Position numbers and translations under genes: made by a program
Source of the DNA: Hyphochytrium catenoides
Lineage: Eukaryota; Protista; Hyphochytriomycota
DNA length: 64,000 bases
Direction: 5' to 3'
Assembly (NCBI GenBank): GCA_900088475.1
Contig: FLMG01000368.1
Location: 162,822-226,821 of the forward strand
Part shown: piece by piece, positions 1 through 12,400 of the stretch
Position numbering within the stretch: position 1 is the first letter of the stretch
Layout of the letters: each line of letters starts with the position of its first letter
Notes under the pieces: model-generated
Database searches by the model: none
The model's input: only the letters and a program-made list of their open reading frames with translations
Told to the model about the DNA's origin: nothing

Positions 1-1342
1 CTCAGCGTCCGAGACTCTCTCTCATAATCACTCTCCACAGCTGATAGTTGAACCTCAATAAATTTAAGTTGTCTAAAGAGTATAGTAAGCCAAAGCTGAT
101 TGTAAGTCAGGGGCTAAGGCTGGTCAAAGTAGCCCGTGGAGTAATCCAGGCCGGATGCGCAGCGCGCAGGGCTGTGAGGCAGAAGCAAGACTTTGGTTGA
201 CTTACAGGAAGGACCCACACACCAAGCTGCCTTACTCCCTTCACCTCGGAAGGCCCAAGGTCAAGAGGATTAAGCGACAGAGGGGGTGGTGCTGAAATGG
301 GCAAAATGATGGGACAGAGGTCTCATATTATACAGCCTCCACCTTCAACTGCTTGTTGCTGCTCTTGTTCAAGGTCACGGCGCTTAAAAGTGACGGTATG
401 TCAAAGCAATTGAGGAAGGTGAACAAAAGAAAAGGATACAGAGTTTAGCAGCCACACGTGGCGGAGGCGGCCGCAGCTTTGTGGCAACAAAAAGCAGCAG
501 GTGGCGCCAAGAGCCACTAAAGTCTTCATTCAAAGCTTGGGGATTCTGCTGTCTACAGAGTAGAAGGCTGTGACGGGCCGAAGAATGGAAGAAAGAAGGG
601 CCGAAAGAAAGAAAGGAGCGCCAACGAGATCTCAAAGCCGACTTCAAGTACGAAAGGACTCCAACACGAAACGTCCTTGTTTGAATGTCAGGGGGGACAA
701 GCTATTGTACGACTGTACAGAACGTACAGTAGATCCTGCAGCGTGATAACTTGCTATGGATCTACCGATGATCTGCTTCCTTCTGATATCTGGATCTGGA
801 GCAGTGGACTTATGCTAATTCGCCAATTATTGCAAGTAAAGGTATGGTACATATTTATATCTTTATAGTACTTAAGAACGGCGTCCTATTTGTACTCTTG
901 TTTCCCTCAGGAACGGTGTGGAGGTGTACTTATTCAAGTGTAAGTTACTCTTACTGTGACATTTGCTACGATCCTCTGTCTTTCTACAGGTAAAACTAGA
1001 ACTATCAATGTCGCTCAACAGACAGACCGCCCACGTTAGAAGAGCCACAGCTCCTACATGAAGATCCGAAGTGCATGAGCTTGAGCGGATAACTCATTCG
1101 ACGTTGAGCTCCTGAACAACTAACTCACCACAGGCACTTTGGCTCCACCTGACCTACCCTGCTACTTTGAAGTGCTAGTGTGCAGACAAGACGCAGGTAT
1201 TGACCTACTGCCCGTAACTGGCAGATTAGAGCAAGTATAGGTGCCACCGCTAGAGGCTGGCTGTAATAGGGACTTCAAGTCTCTCAAGAAACCCTTTCCA
1301 CTTAGAGCTGGACGTGCCTGCCAGTGTTCTTGTGAAGGAAAG

Positions 1343-4054
1343 ATGATGATGCGTAAGCTTGCTGAGAGTGTTGAGAAGCTTAACATGGACAAGCTGAAAA
1401 ACGTGGTCGATGACGCGTAAGTGCCATGTGCTTCTGCATGCTCTTCTGCTTCTTAACTGTGCGACGCAGGAGGCGGGAAGTACAGGCTAGAATGGGAACA
1501 GAGACGGATCGGAAGTTGGACGAGGCTCTGTCGAACAGAAACTGGGGTCTCTCCAGCACACAGCTTAACGAGTTGGCGCAGATGTCATTTAACTAGTAAG
1601 TTACCAAAGCTCCATCCGTGCGCTCCCAGTGTATCTTGACTAACCTTGAAAGCTGCATCTTTGGGGTTTTCCAGCTCTGATTACATGGTGCTGATGAAGA
1701 AGGTTTGGGAGTCTTTGGAACTATCTTCAAGGCAATGGCGTGTCATCTATAAGGCTTTGACGATTCTAGAGCATTTGGTCAAAAACGGAAACGAAAAAGT
1801 CATTGAGGACATTCGTGACAGGATATATAAGATACGGTCGCTGCAGGATTTTAGCTACAATGAAGATGGTGTGGAGAAGGGCTCTGGAGGTAAGAGTTAC
1901 CGAGGTCTGTCAACCAATAGTCCCTGACGCCTGCTGTCGGACACCGTCATCGGTTGCGCAGTTAGAGAGAAGGCAAAGCAACTTGCGGCTCTCCTGAACG
2001 ACAACGATCGCATTAGAGATGAAAGGGCAAAGGCGAGAGAACTAAGAGAGAAATTCGTTGGCATCGGAAGCGGCGGGGGTTCCTTCGGGAGCTACAGTGG
2101 AGGGAGTGGGTACGGTGGCAGTGGCTTTGGAAGCAGTTCCTCCTTTGAAAGGTCCAATTCCTCACGCTATGACGACTCTGGCCATGGAGGAGGTTACAAT
2201 CGGAATAAAAGCAGCGACAGCCGGTACGGTGATGACTATGATGATGATAGGAAGCTAAGGTACAGCCAACTGCGGTCGGTCTGAAAGGCTCGGAAGCTTA
2301 TAGGACTCTCTTTTTGCGCGCTAGATCGAAAGTCTACGATGAGGACGAAGATGAAGAGTATAGTGGGGCAGAAGAGGTGGCGCCAAGGTCAAGCAAAAAG
2401 AGAAGCCAGAAAAAGAGCAAGAGCAAGAAGAAGCTAGTCAGTGAGGTACGTGGACCCTCCGTCTCATCGGGGGGAGTACGTAGGACCCAAGTACTCTATA
2501 CAATGATCTCATTCCGGGTTAGGACGAGGAAGAGGAGAGTGAGGAGGAGAGACTTCAAGAAAAGCCTACGAAAGTAGAAGAGCCATCCCTCCTGGACGCG
2601 GACGCATTCTTTGGGGACGCACTGCCTTCGACTTCACAAGGTTTTTCAACAGTACTCCTCTAATACATGGTCTTGGTTCTGACTTCTGTTGTCCAGCGCC
2701 CTCTTTTGATGCCTTTGGCATCTCATCCTCTTCCGCAGCGTTCAATAACGATAATAGCTTCACTGATTTCTTCGGCGCCCCCACCACCAGTGCAACGTTT
2801 TCACAATCCGGCGCTCATGACGCATCAAATGCGTTTCTGTCACCTCCACCGACGACAGCCGCGCCAGCATCTGGAGTTAATCTGAATACCGGGAACGTTC
2901 TAGGGCAGGTGATGGGATTTCACAGCCATCAATTGCCTCAGGGGCAAGGGACAATGGGTACTCCTGGAGGCGTCCCAGGCACTGCTACTGCAAGCAAGCA
3001 ATCCTTTATTGCTCAGCAACAATTTCCTTCAACAGGGAACGTAGCAAACCTCAATGTAACTTCATCGTCAGCGCAGTATTTTCAACCGTCTCTCATGGGT
3101 AGTCAACCTCAATACCATTCAGGTGAATCTGGATCGAATCTGGCTGGCCCATTTCTGAGTCCGCACAACCCTAATGTCAATAGTACAGCCGGACTGAGTT
3201 CAAATAGCATGCTGGGGCTGACGCCACTTGCCCCCTTACCCGTAACAATACCCTCAAGCGCACCAAAAGAAGCCTGGCCCCCAGGAGCTTCTGTTGGAGC
3301 TCCAAATCAGAATGCGCAACAGAGCCAAGTGGGTGGCTCTGGAGGCTCGTACCCTTCTTCTGCGCCCAAGGACGCCTGGAGCGCAGGTGCAGGACTGGTT
3401 GATCTCAGCACGCTTTCAACGCAAGCGAAAACCGGGACAACTCAGCCTCCCGCAAGACCAATGCAGACAAATAGTTTTCAGGGTTTGGACGGGTTGGGCA
3501 CGACATCTAACGCTTTTGGATCAACAGGCTCAAGGACGTTGTCAATGCCATCAACTGCCAACACCAACCCCTCTAACACCGGTGCGACTGGACTCACCAG
3601 GCCAGGAGCTTATGGCCCCAATCAGTTCACCGCAATGGGTAATGCCCCGTCAAATCTTGGCTCTACTGGTAGCCTTGGTGGACGGAATATTGCGGTGATG
3701 CAGCCAATGGGTGCTGGTACCGGGTTTGGAACGGCGACTGCGTTTCAACCAACGTTCCCTACATCTTCAACCTCAGCTACTGCCCCGGCCCCAGCTCCAG
3801 GTGGCATGGGAGGGTTTTCTAACCTTACAAGTGGGTCAGCCTTAATGACAGGCAATGTAGCTTTCCCTTCCTCAACTGGACCACCCATGGGAAACACAGG
3901 TTTCTCAGCTTTTCCTGGTCCTATGAATTCTGGCACAATGCCTGCCAACTTTGGAAGCCAAGGAAGTAGTACTCAGAGCCGCCCCTTCGCTTCCCAGCAG
4001 CCTTTTGGTCAGCAACAGCCACCGCCTCCTCAAGGCGGCTGGCCAGCCTTCTAG
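1343..4054 (+). CDS. Epsin/ENTH-domain clathrin adaptor (multi-exon)
   Basis: Spliced ENTH domain: KLDEALSNRNWGLSSTQLNELAQMSFN..WRVIYKALTILEHLVKNGNEKVIEDIR..VREKAKQLAALLNDNDRIRDERAKARE. It is followed by a low-complexity G/S/P/Q tail with DAW and LVDL motifs ending at stop 4054. Confidence 0.9.
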
Positions 4055-4446
4055 TGACATGACATAGCATATCTATATACAGTCATGGCATAGTTTGTCG
4101 CAAAGAACAAATTCAGAATGGCGGAGATCGAATGAGAGCTACTCCTTCATTAGCGCAAAATGCAATAGGAGAAACTGAGGAGAATTGCTCGCTGACAGAG
4201 AGATCTACTAAATGACTTTTTATTATATGTTGTCCCCTGTGGGGCGTAATGATTCTCCAGTCGCGCGTGCCATTGTGCTTGCTGCAAGACAAGTAAGCGG
4301 ACCTTTCGTACGATGCTATTTTCCTGAGGGTTGTTAACATCTCAAGGATACTGAGTTAAGCAGTCTTCCTCATGTGATGGGGTGTGCTAACTATCTAGCT
4401 AGCTAACAGCACGAAGAATTGTCTTACTTCATTGTTTGTGTCACAG

Positions 4447-4962
4447 ATGACAATTCTTTTAACAGCTACCTTCCTAGGACCATTCGGCCTTTTCCTGATA
4501 CCTGTTTTCGTAGCTGTTCAGTGCATCCATGGAGTAGGCAGTCACCTACTGCGCTTGGTGGGGGTCTGCCGAAAGGAATGCGAAGGCGCAGGAGTCGGAC
4601 TGCAACCGTACTGGGAAGTGGAAAGGTTGTAAGTGAGATGCTGCTGCTCGTCTTGGGCCGTGTATCTTGAATCGAGGTTACTCGAACGGTAATCGAAAGT
4701 GGAAAGCATGGACTTAGGTCTGTGTGGTCTTGACGCTATTTGGCGTCCTGAGCACATGTCTCCACTGGAGGCATATCATTGTCTGGACAGACGAGTGATC
4801 ACAACCAAAGTAGTGCCTCTTCCTTCTCAAAAGTTATGTCTTCTACATTCTATGCTTTCAAGGCTCTGCTCTACCACACCAGAGACGACAACAACCCCCA
4901 GAAAATCAACTGTTGGCGTCTTCCCTGGCAAAATAACCTCAGTTCTTCCACCTAGGAGCTAA
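4447..4962 (+). CDS. Hypothetical small membrane protein (boundaries uncertain)
   Basis: Hydrophobic segment TILLTATFLGPFGLFLIPVFVAV, a gtaagt donor near 4629 and a downstream ORF. No family recognised. Confidence 0.25.
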
Positions 4963-5369
4963 TCATGATAGCGAACTTCTCCTTGCCCTATGCATCTAAC
5001 ACAGTTGCGGAATACGCATTAGCGATCTCCGATGTCAGTAAGAGATTGACATATGTGTTATTTCCTGAACATTATCATGTGTACCGACAATGATGACTTG
5101 AAAAGGTACTTGCCATCGTTGGCCCAGCAAATACTAGGAAAAAGCAAACCCATGGACACTTTATAAGTCCTTTTATAGATAACGGCAGCGTTGCTCCGTG
5201 AGAGGTATCGAGTGAGAAAAATCTCCATGTATCACAATCTCTGGAGTACACGACGACTCAGCTGAGAGTGGCCAATAGTGCACCATGAGGCAGGTATCCG
5301 AGCATCTCCACATAGCAAAAGCTACCTGCATGTGTTACAGTCGCCATTGTAGACCTTACTTTGGAAACT

Positions 5370-7128
5370 TCATTTCTCTACAGGCGCTACGCTTTCTGGT
5401 AGTGCTCCCCATTCCGACCAGGAGCCATCGTAAAGAGAAGTCCTGCTATTCCATCAACTCAGACTTCAGCACTTGCTAGGTAGAGATTCATGAAAGGGCA
5501 TTGTGGACGTACGTTGACCATTCTCTTCCCATCAGATGAAGCGCAAACGTGAGTACTGCAGCTGTCACACCGGAGCCGCAGCTAACAATAGATTGCATCA
5601 GCAACTCGCACTCTCATGAACTACAACCAATCATCGGACCTTGTGATAATTTTCTGGCTCTTGTCTGGTTCTATTCCTGTACAAGATTATCACAGGAACT
5701 CTATCAACGATATTGGTAAAGTCAACTCTAGTGATGAATGACTACTGACCCGCAGCCTTGAAAGCCTCGAGGAGTTCATCCTTGGAGCGAAAGCTCTGAG
5801 CATAAGTGTGTTAATGGTCATATTCGAAAAAGCGTTTCCTCGTGCTCATTACCGTCATGTCCTTGGAGTCAAGCAGTCTCCCGAAAGGCAAATTGATGGC
5901 ATTCGGCATGTGGCCACCCCTCAAGCCAGCTCGTGGCTCCTGTAAAGGAATTAGGCTCTATGACGAGGTTACCGCAACCAGCTCGCTTACCGGTTCTGTG
6001 CCCATAAACCGACCTGGTGAGCGCGCGTCGAGTATTCTCCCTCTTCCAGGATTTTTTGCCAGGTCAGCAATCTGCGGCCAACAATAGGAGGAGTATAAGC
6101 ATGAGCGGCACAAATGGCTTTTGCATTTCGAGAGATATCTCCGCTCACGTCATTCATGTCGGCCACGGCGGCATGGTTAAGCTTGGCGTTATAGTGCGAC
6201 GCGGTCCTTCCAGGGGGTTTCGGTGGGCCGGACTCCGTCGTGCCGCCTTCGGAGACCCAGGCCCTGATCCCTCCTTATGTACAGATCCGAAGTGGACTAT
6301 GTTAATGAGTTTTCGCTTGCGGGTAGAACCCTAGCGCCTGTCTTACCGTTCAGTATCCGTACATCTTGATGACCAAATACTTTGAACGTCCACCAGACTC
6401 GTGCAGCACTAGTCACAGGATCCAGGAGCAGTCACACTCAGTATACCACCTTTGAAACCCCGTGGAGGCAATAGACTAGCTTCGTAGTGATAAGCACCCA
6501 TTTTAGTCTGTGTACCTAAAGGAGTCAGGCTGAGTATAAACGACGACGGGGTCCATATTGGAGATTCCATAGCTGTCCATAGCATCGGCAAAAGTTTGCT
6601 CTGTAAGACCACGCGTCAAGAGATTAGTTAGGGGATTTGGAAGCACGGAAAGAGAGCTGAACCTGATGGCAGCATATGGGGTAGTGCGCTTTCCCTGTCC
6701 GATAGCTCCTCGATATCAAAGAAGACGGCACCGGGCAGCCTTTTCTAGTATCTCACGTGGTTAGGGCGAGATTCGCAGCTCTTTCATAAGTCATCGGCTA
6801 ACCTGGAGATAAAGCTCGTGTGGCTTCTTCGACGGCTGATTCAGGTACCTATGCTCGGTGCGAACCAAGCATTTATATTGTATGGGTCAACCGCGGGACA
6901 AGTAATAGGCACTGACCATGTCGCATCCACAAATCTGAATACTCTGAGATCACGCTCCTGCAGTACTTCCGAGGCAGAGAGAAGGTCTCGAGATCCTGCT
7001 TTGCCTGTTGTTGCAGCCCTAGTTAAACCTGCCGCCATAGCAGCCTTTGCTGCCGTAGTACAAGTACCCTCTCTCAGAAGCCTTTGAGGGAAGCCGAACA
7101 GTGTTTTACCCCTTGAAAGAAGGGCCAT
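5370..7128 (-). CDS. MPST: 3-mercaptopyruvate/thiosulfate sulfurtransferase (tandem rhodanese), probably mitochondrial
   Basis: Exons give FVDATW, RLPGAVFFDIEELSDRESALPHMLPS, AARVWWTFKVFGH, LDARSPGRF, GGHMPNAINLPF, active site CGSGVTA and LYDGSWSEWG. The N-terminus is Arg/Ala-rich like a presequence. Confidence 0.92.
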
Positions 7129-7807
7129 GCTGGAGTCCACTCCTCCCTTGAGATATGGGAGAGGCTGTGAGTGGTTGCTCCTCTCCTAATCAAGCCGAAC
7201 TCAACGCAGATGGCACCTGTTGGGCGTATCTTCTCATACCATTACTCAGCACGCGAGCTTCCTGTTCTCCAGTTCTCCAAGGTTGCCGCGCCGAGCTCTA
7301 CTTCTACTCTCCTGAAACCTGAAAGATACTCCTCAAAGCCTTAAAGGTCATCATCCCCGTTTTGTGAAGGGCAGACAGACAGTGAGAAGAGCTGATGTTT
7401 CTGTACAGCACACAAGTTCCGCTACGTTCCTGGGGGACATCTGAGGAACATATTCTAGCTGTGTTGAAATCTGTCTCTCAAACGAAAGGCAGCAGTAGCA
7501 GTCTTGAGACTGCTTGAGACTGCTTGAGACCACAACGTCATCCTCCTCTTCAGCCTCGCTCGCTCACCCGCTGCTGGCCAAAGAGCAGAGAGATCACCGT
7601 TTCTAGCTGGAAGGTCAAAGCCTCTTTTCCGCTGGCGGCGAACAAGGTGCCTTGTAGGACTTTCAGGTCGCTGATGTCACCCTAGGGAGCTGCCCTAGCA
7701 GCTAGAGGTCAAGGGGTTGGCACGATCTCGAGTTCTATGAAAGCGACCTTCTTTCCTTTGAGTCCAGCGGTCATTAGCCTAGTAGTATCAAGCTGGTCGA
7801 GCTCACA

Positions 7808-8818
7808 ATGAGCACCAAAGACCTATCAGCTGACAGGAAAAAGAAGGAGCTCGAGGCCCAGAAAGCCCGAGCCCTTGCATGGCAATATCTCAAACAAAAG
7901 GACTGTGGGCCGTCAGTCCGTGAATTGCAGAGCATGAAGGCCAAAGTGCCTCAAAGACTTCTCGAAGCAGAACGAGAAAAAAAGAAGACAGGCGATAATA
8001 CATTGGAAGTTCTCGCTCGGCGGAAGGCAGAGGAACGTCGAAAGCTACTAGCCAATCAAGCTGTAACTCAAACTGCAGCTTCTGCAGCGGACATTGATGC
8101 TGGGAAGTCTTCAAAGGGCTCAGACAGTGCTCAAACTTCCGGACAAAATGGCGGCTGGACTACGTCGGAACATAATGGAGGAGACAAGTCATCCAAGGTA
8201 AGCTTCAAAAGCGGTTCATTGCTCCGTTTTGTCCTAGTCTGAGCTCCTCTCGCCACCACCGCTGTTTCACGACAGGCTATCTCCGCCAAGCTACCACTGT
8301 AAGTATAGTCTGTCAAAGGCCTTATCTATCCTCCAGCGATGCAATGTCTTGCTCTTCTAAACCTTTTCTTTCTACCTGCTGTCATACATGCTCAGGGGCT
8401 GGGAAGCTGTAGAAACAGAGGACGGTGATGTGTATTATTGGAACAAAGTGACAGATCAAACAAGTTGGAAGATGCCAGCTCCTCCACCTCCTGCGGGTAT
8501 GGAATCTGCTCTCCACCAGAAGGTGATAACACTATTGACTCTAAGTATCTTCCCACTCTGCCAGTGCCATCCGAAGTCACCAATTCTGCCCCAGAGGGTA
8601 AGTGTAAGGTCCCGGACTGCCTAATTGGTTATAGGGTGGAATAACCTACCTAAACAGGCACAGACGGCATACTTAAGGCAAATCCTGCAGGTGAAAGCCG
8701 ACAGGCGGCGGGGCTGAAAGTGCAGTGGAGCTCAGGTACAAAAAAGCGAAAGCTCGGAGTTACTTCAGGTGGCGTCAAGATTTTCAGTGATAGTTCTGAA
8801 AGACAGGAGAAAGGATGA
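7808..8818 (+). CDS. WW-domain protein
   Basis: GWEAVETEDGDVYYWNKVTDQTSWKMP is a WW domain. It follows a basic helical N-terminus; the last exon ends at TGA 8816-8818. Confidence 0.75.
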
Positions 8819-9412
8819 AAAGAGCCTGCCATACGTTTCACCGAACGGACCTCAAGGCTGAGAAGTGGCCTGAGCTTCTCTTGTGCTGAACTAGGGAGGA
8901 GACTTCATTGACTATCCTCTTGAGACGTATCGTCGTGATGCCGTCTCAGCTTCTTGCGACACCTTCCAGCTACCCTGTCTTCTATTACCCGCCTCACAGC
9001 AACCCATCTTCATGCGTTCCTTTGGGTCTTTGCTCTACCTAACAGGAATACTCTTATTTATGCTCAGCTGAGAAGATATTATGGCCTTTCTACCTTCAGA
9101 AGCTTGTTTGAACTATTGGCTGCTCTTAGCCTTGTTTTAAAATAGAACCACAGAGCACTTATATGTATCAGTGATAACGGCTGGTGGACCTGCTGCTCTA
9201 TCTGGGGTACAGAGATGTCATTCTCAAGCTAGGACGGTACCCTCTGTCTAAGCAAGTCTCAAACTACGATTGCTTGATCACTAAGCAGCACCTTCTGCTC
9301 ACAGCGCGTTCGTCGCACTTTCTTTGCATTTGCTTACTGTGGCCATAATAATAATGCAAGCAGTACCTGCCATTAGAGCCTTCAGGCGACAAAACAAGGT
9401 CTTGTAGTGGGG

Positions 9413-12400
9413 TCATGCGTCTAGCTGAGTTCCAAGCTTTTGCGCGACTTCTCTGACATCTCCGGCGAGCTGAGCATCTATCACCTCTAACTTGTTCAAC
9501 TTGTTGAAGAGGTTCAGCACGGGCCGCATTTCATCGTGGTGTGTGTGCCACATCTCCTCGAATTCTAGATCTTCCCGGTCCCAGCCGTTGAACTCTCTCC
9601 CCTCCTGACTGTTCTGCATGTTCCCTGTTCCCTTAGCGGCTTGCTTTCTTTTGACCAGATATCGGTCATAGCTCTCTGATTTTGTGCATGAAAGATAGAA
9701 TGCCTGTAGTTGAGGAAGAGAGGTGTCGTCAGCTGAAAGAGCTATAATGGCCTACTTCACCTTCTTACTTTGTATATGTCCGCATATTGTTCCAGCAACG
9801 AAAACACCTGGTTATGCACCGTAGGTATGGTCGTGAGCCGGTGTCTAGCTAAGCTCTTCGGACTACTCTCCAGAAGCTGGGAAGGAAGGACAGGGAAGCC
9901 CAGTAGAAGTACAGTTTTACACCGAGAGCTCCTGGCTGCAGCTGCCACTTGCTCTGCAATAACGGAGGCCTTGAGCTCCACAGTCTCTTGCTCGCTTTGA
10001 GAGGCGGTCGTCGAGCGGTAGGCCCTAATGTCTGCAAGAAGTGTTGTTGCGTCCACAATGTGTACTCCAGGCCCTAAAAGGGCCGTAACCTCTCGGATCC
10101 TGCTCAGAGGTGCCCCTAAGAGAAGACAGAGCCGGGGTGCGACACGTGCAGCAATGGTGGCAGCAAGAGTTGGTAAATGCACAGATCTTCCTTTGGTCCG
10201 CTCCGAAGCCCCTCTGGGGATATTCAAGACATCGAACCGCGACTTTCCATCCTCCTCCTCCCTATAGAGCGTTCTTAGCGTGCTCTCCATGTTAAGATCA
10301 TCCGCGTGGAAGAGAAGGACAAGTTGTTTGCTCTTTGCCTCAAAGACCTCATGAAACAGTTCTGCCTATCGGACACGACCATCAGTACTAAGGGCTTCCT
10401 TTGAAGAAAGATGAATAAAGGGGATAAAGGATCACCGATCGCCCCAATGAGATAGGCAAGGGGCTCGGCTTACCTGGTCCACTGTGCGTGGAAAGTCCAC
10501 AAGCAAGATTTTCTCATTCTCATCGAGTAGCGACAGCACTAGATCGAGCTGAGATACAATCTGCTCAGCAGTATCGGCACGATCAAGATCGACTTGAGAT
10601 GACCCGGTAAGGGTACACTTCGCCCGCATCATTTCCTCCACCGAGAAAAGTCTATACCCATACTTGGCAGCAATCTGGGCGCAGAATGTTCTCTTATAGG
10701 GGCTATCATCTCTACCCGGTGCGACCAAGATCATCCGATAACTGCTCTGCAAAACGTCTTCAGCTAGCTCTTTTTCATCCAAGGCTACATTTCTAAAGAG
10801 CTGGATCTTTGGTGTGTGAAGTAAGTTGTGGTCGTCGACGACGTCCGCCAGATTCTTACACATAACGATTCTGGGCTTGACGATGGAGCTCGTGAAGAGT
10901 GAGAGCTGTTGCCGGCACACAGAAATGGCCGATGTAGAATGGGCGGGATCCAACAATGGAGGAAGAAGCGTACGAACGGGACACAGAGAAAGGAAGAGCA
11001 TTAGCGGATAATTAAGGTGGCAAAGCTAAGAAAAAGGCACAAAGCCCGAGGTGGGACTTGGAGGATACGTAGCTGCATACAGGCCGCATTGTCAACCTAC
11101 CTGGGCTGAATTTGAGGGGAACCTAAATAGAGCAAACTTGCTCTCCCGATTATAGACCATTGCCTGTCTTAGCACCGAAATGGTGATCTCTGGGGCCACA
11201 GTACGACCCTCCTTCATGCTGCGAAGAATCTCAGCTGAAAGTCGGCTACCTCGAATCCCTTCCACCCTCAGGAGTTCCATTGGATGGAGAGTGCGATAGC
11301 CAAATTCACTGGTCAGATGGCATCACGACAAAAAGGAGGAAAGTAAGAGTCAATCTCGCCCCCAAAAACCTTGTATACGGCATGGGTGTAAAGATCCATG
11401 TATGTCAGCCGTGCCAGGAGAGAAGTTCACCTGAATGCCGTCTCAGCTGCTTCATATAGGTTATCTTGCTCAATGGCCATTGTTATCACAGTTGGAAGGA
11501 GTGCTGAACCAATGTTTTCTTCGTCGTAATCGCCTTGGTGATCCGGCTTGAAAGTCTTGATCAGGCCGGTCTTTTCGTACATGCGGACAACCTCGACAGT
11601 TTCCTTTTGAAAAACTGCGGCACGAAGATCTGTGTAATTTCGTTTACCCTTCATTGGGCCATTGACCAAAGAAGTCTCAGACTCTACGGGGGAAGAACTA
11701 TGGAGTAAGTAGTTGATGTGATAAGGTGAACACTTGCCCCGGAGCGCTCACCTTTCGGCATGAAAAAAAGAACTTTTGATGGTCCAACTTGCAATCGTCT
11801 TTGCAAAGCTACTGCTTGATCGACGGTGTACGGGAAACCTTCGAGTAGCACCTTCTTGCAGGGCCTAGACCGTATCGAATGTTCCACTGCTCCAAGGATC
11901 TCGTCTCTTGACAGATGCGTCCCTGTTTCAAGCAGAGTCCGTAGCCTTTGCTGAGATGCAATATCCTTGTGGCTTTCGGCGATGGCAGACTCTACGGAGA
12001 TGTGGTACAGTCCATACTGGTCTGCTTTTTGTCGACAAAACTCCGTGAAAGCGTTGGAAGGGTAACCGAGTGCAACTATCAATGTTGGTGTGAAGACTTC
12101 TTGGAGATGTCTCGACGTGTCAGGCGTCCCCATTACAATGCTGTGCAACCTGCCGGTCTGCAGGCACAACAAGCGCAAACAGAGGGACAGTGGTGGAACC
12201 ATTAGAGACCCAAAGTAAGGTGAACGGTATGATAGGGCTAGATGGACCTTTGCATAAAAGGATCGGATATCGATGAGGGCTTGGTGCTGCTGGGACCTGT
12301 TCCGCACAGACATCCTTCTTCCCACGTTCTCCCGTCTTCTCATTAGTTCTTCCTTTTGGGTAGCCAAGTACACGCAGGAACTCTCGCCCACATGCTGCCA

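Noticed and set aside
1-1340. Possible exons of an upstream gene
   Set aside because: Splice-like signals exist, but I could not build a consistent frame or recognisable product.
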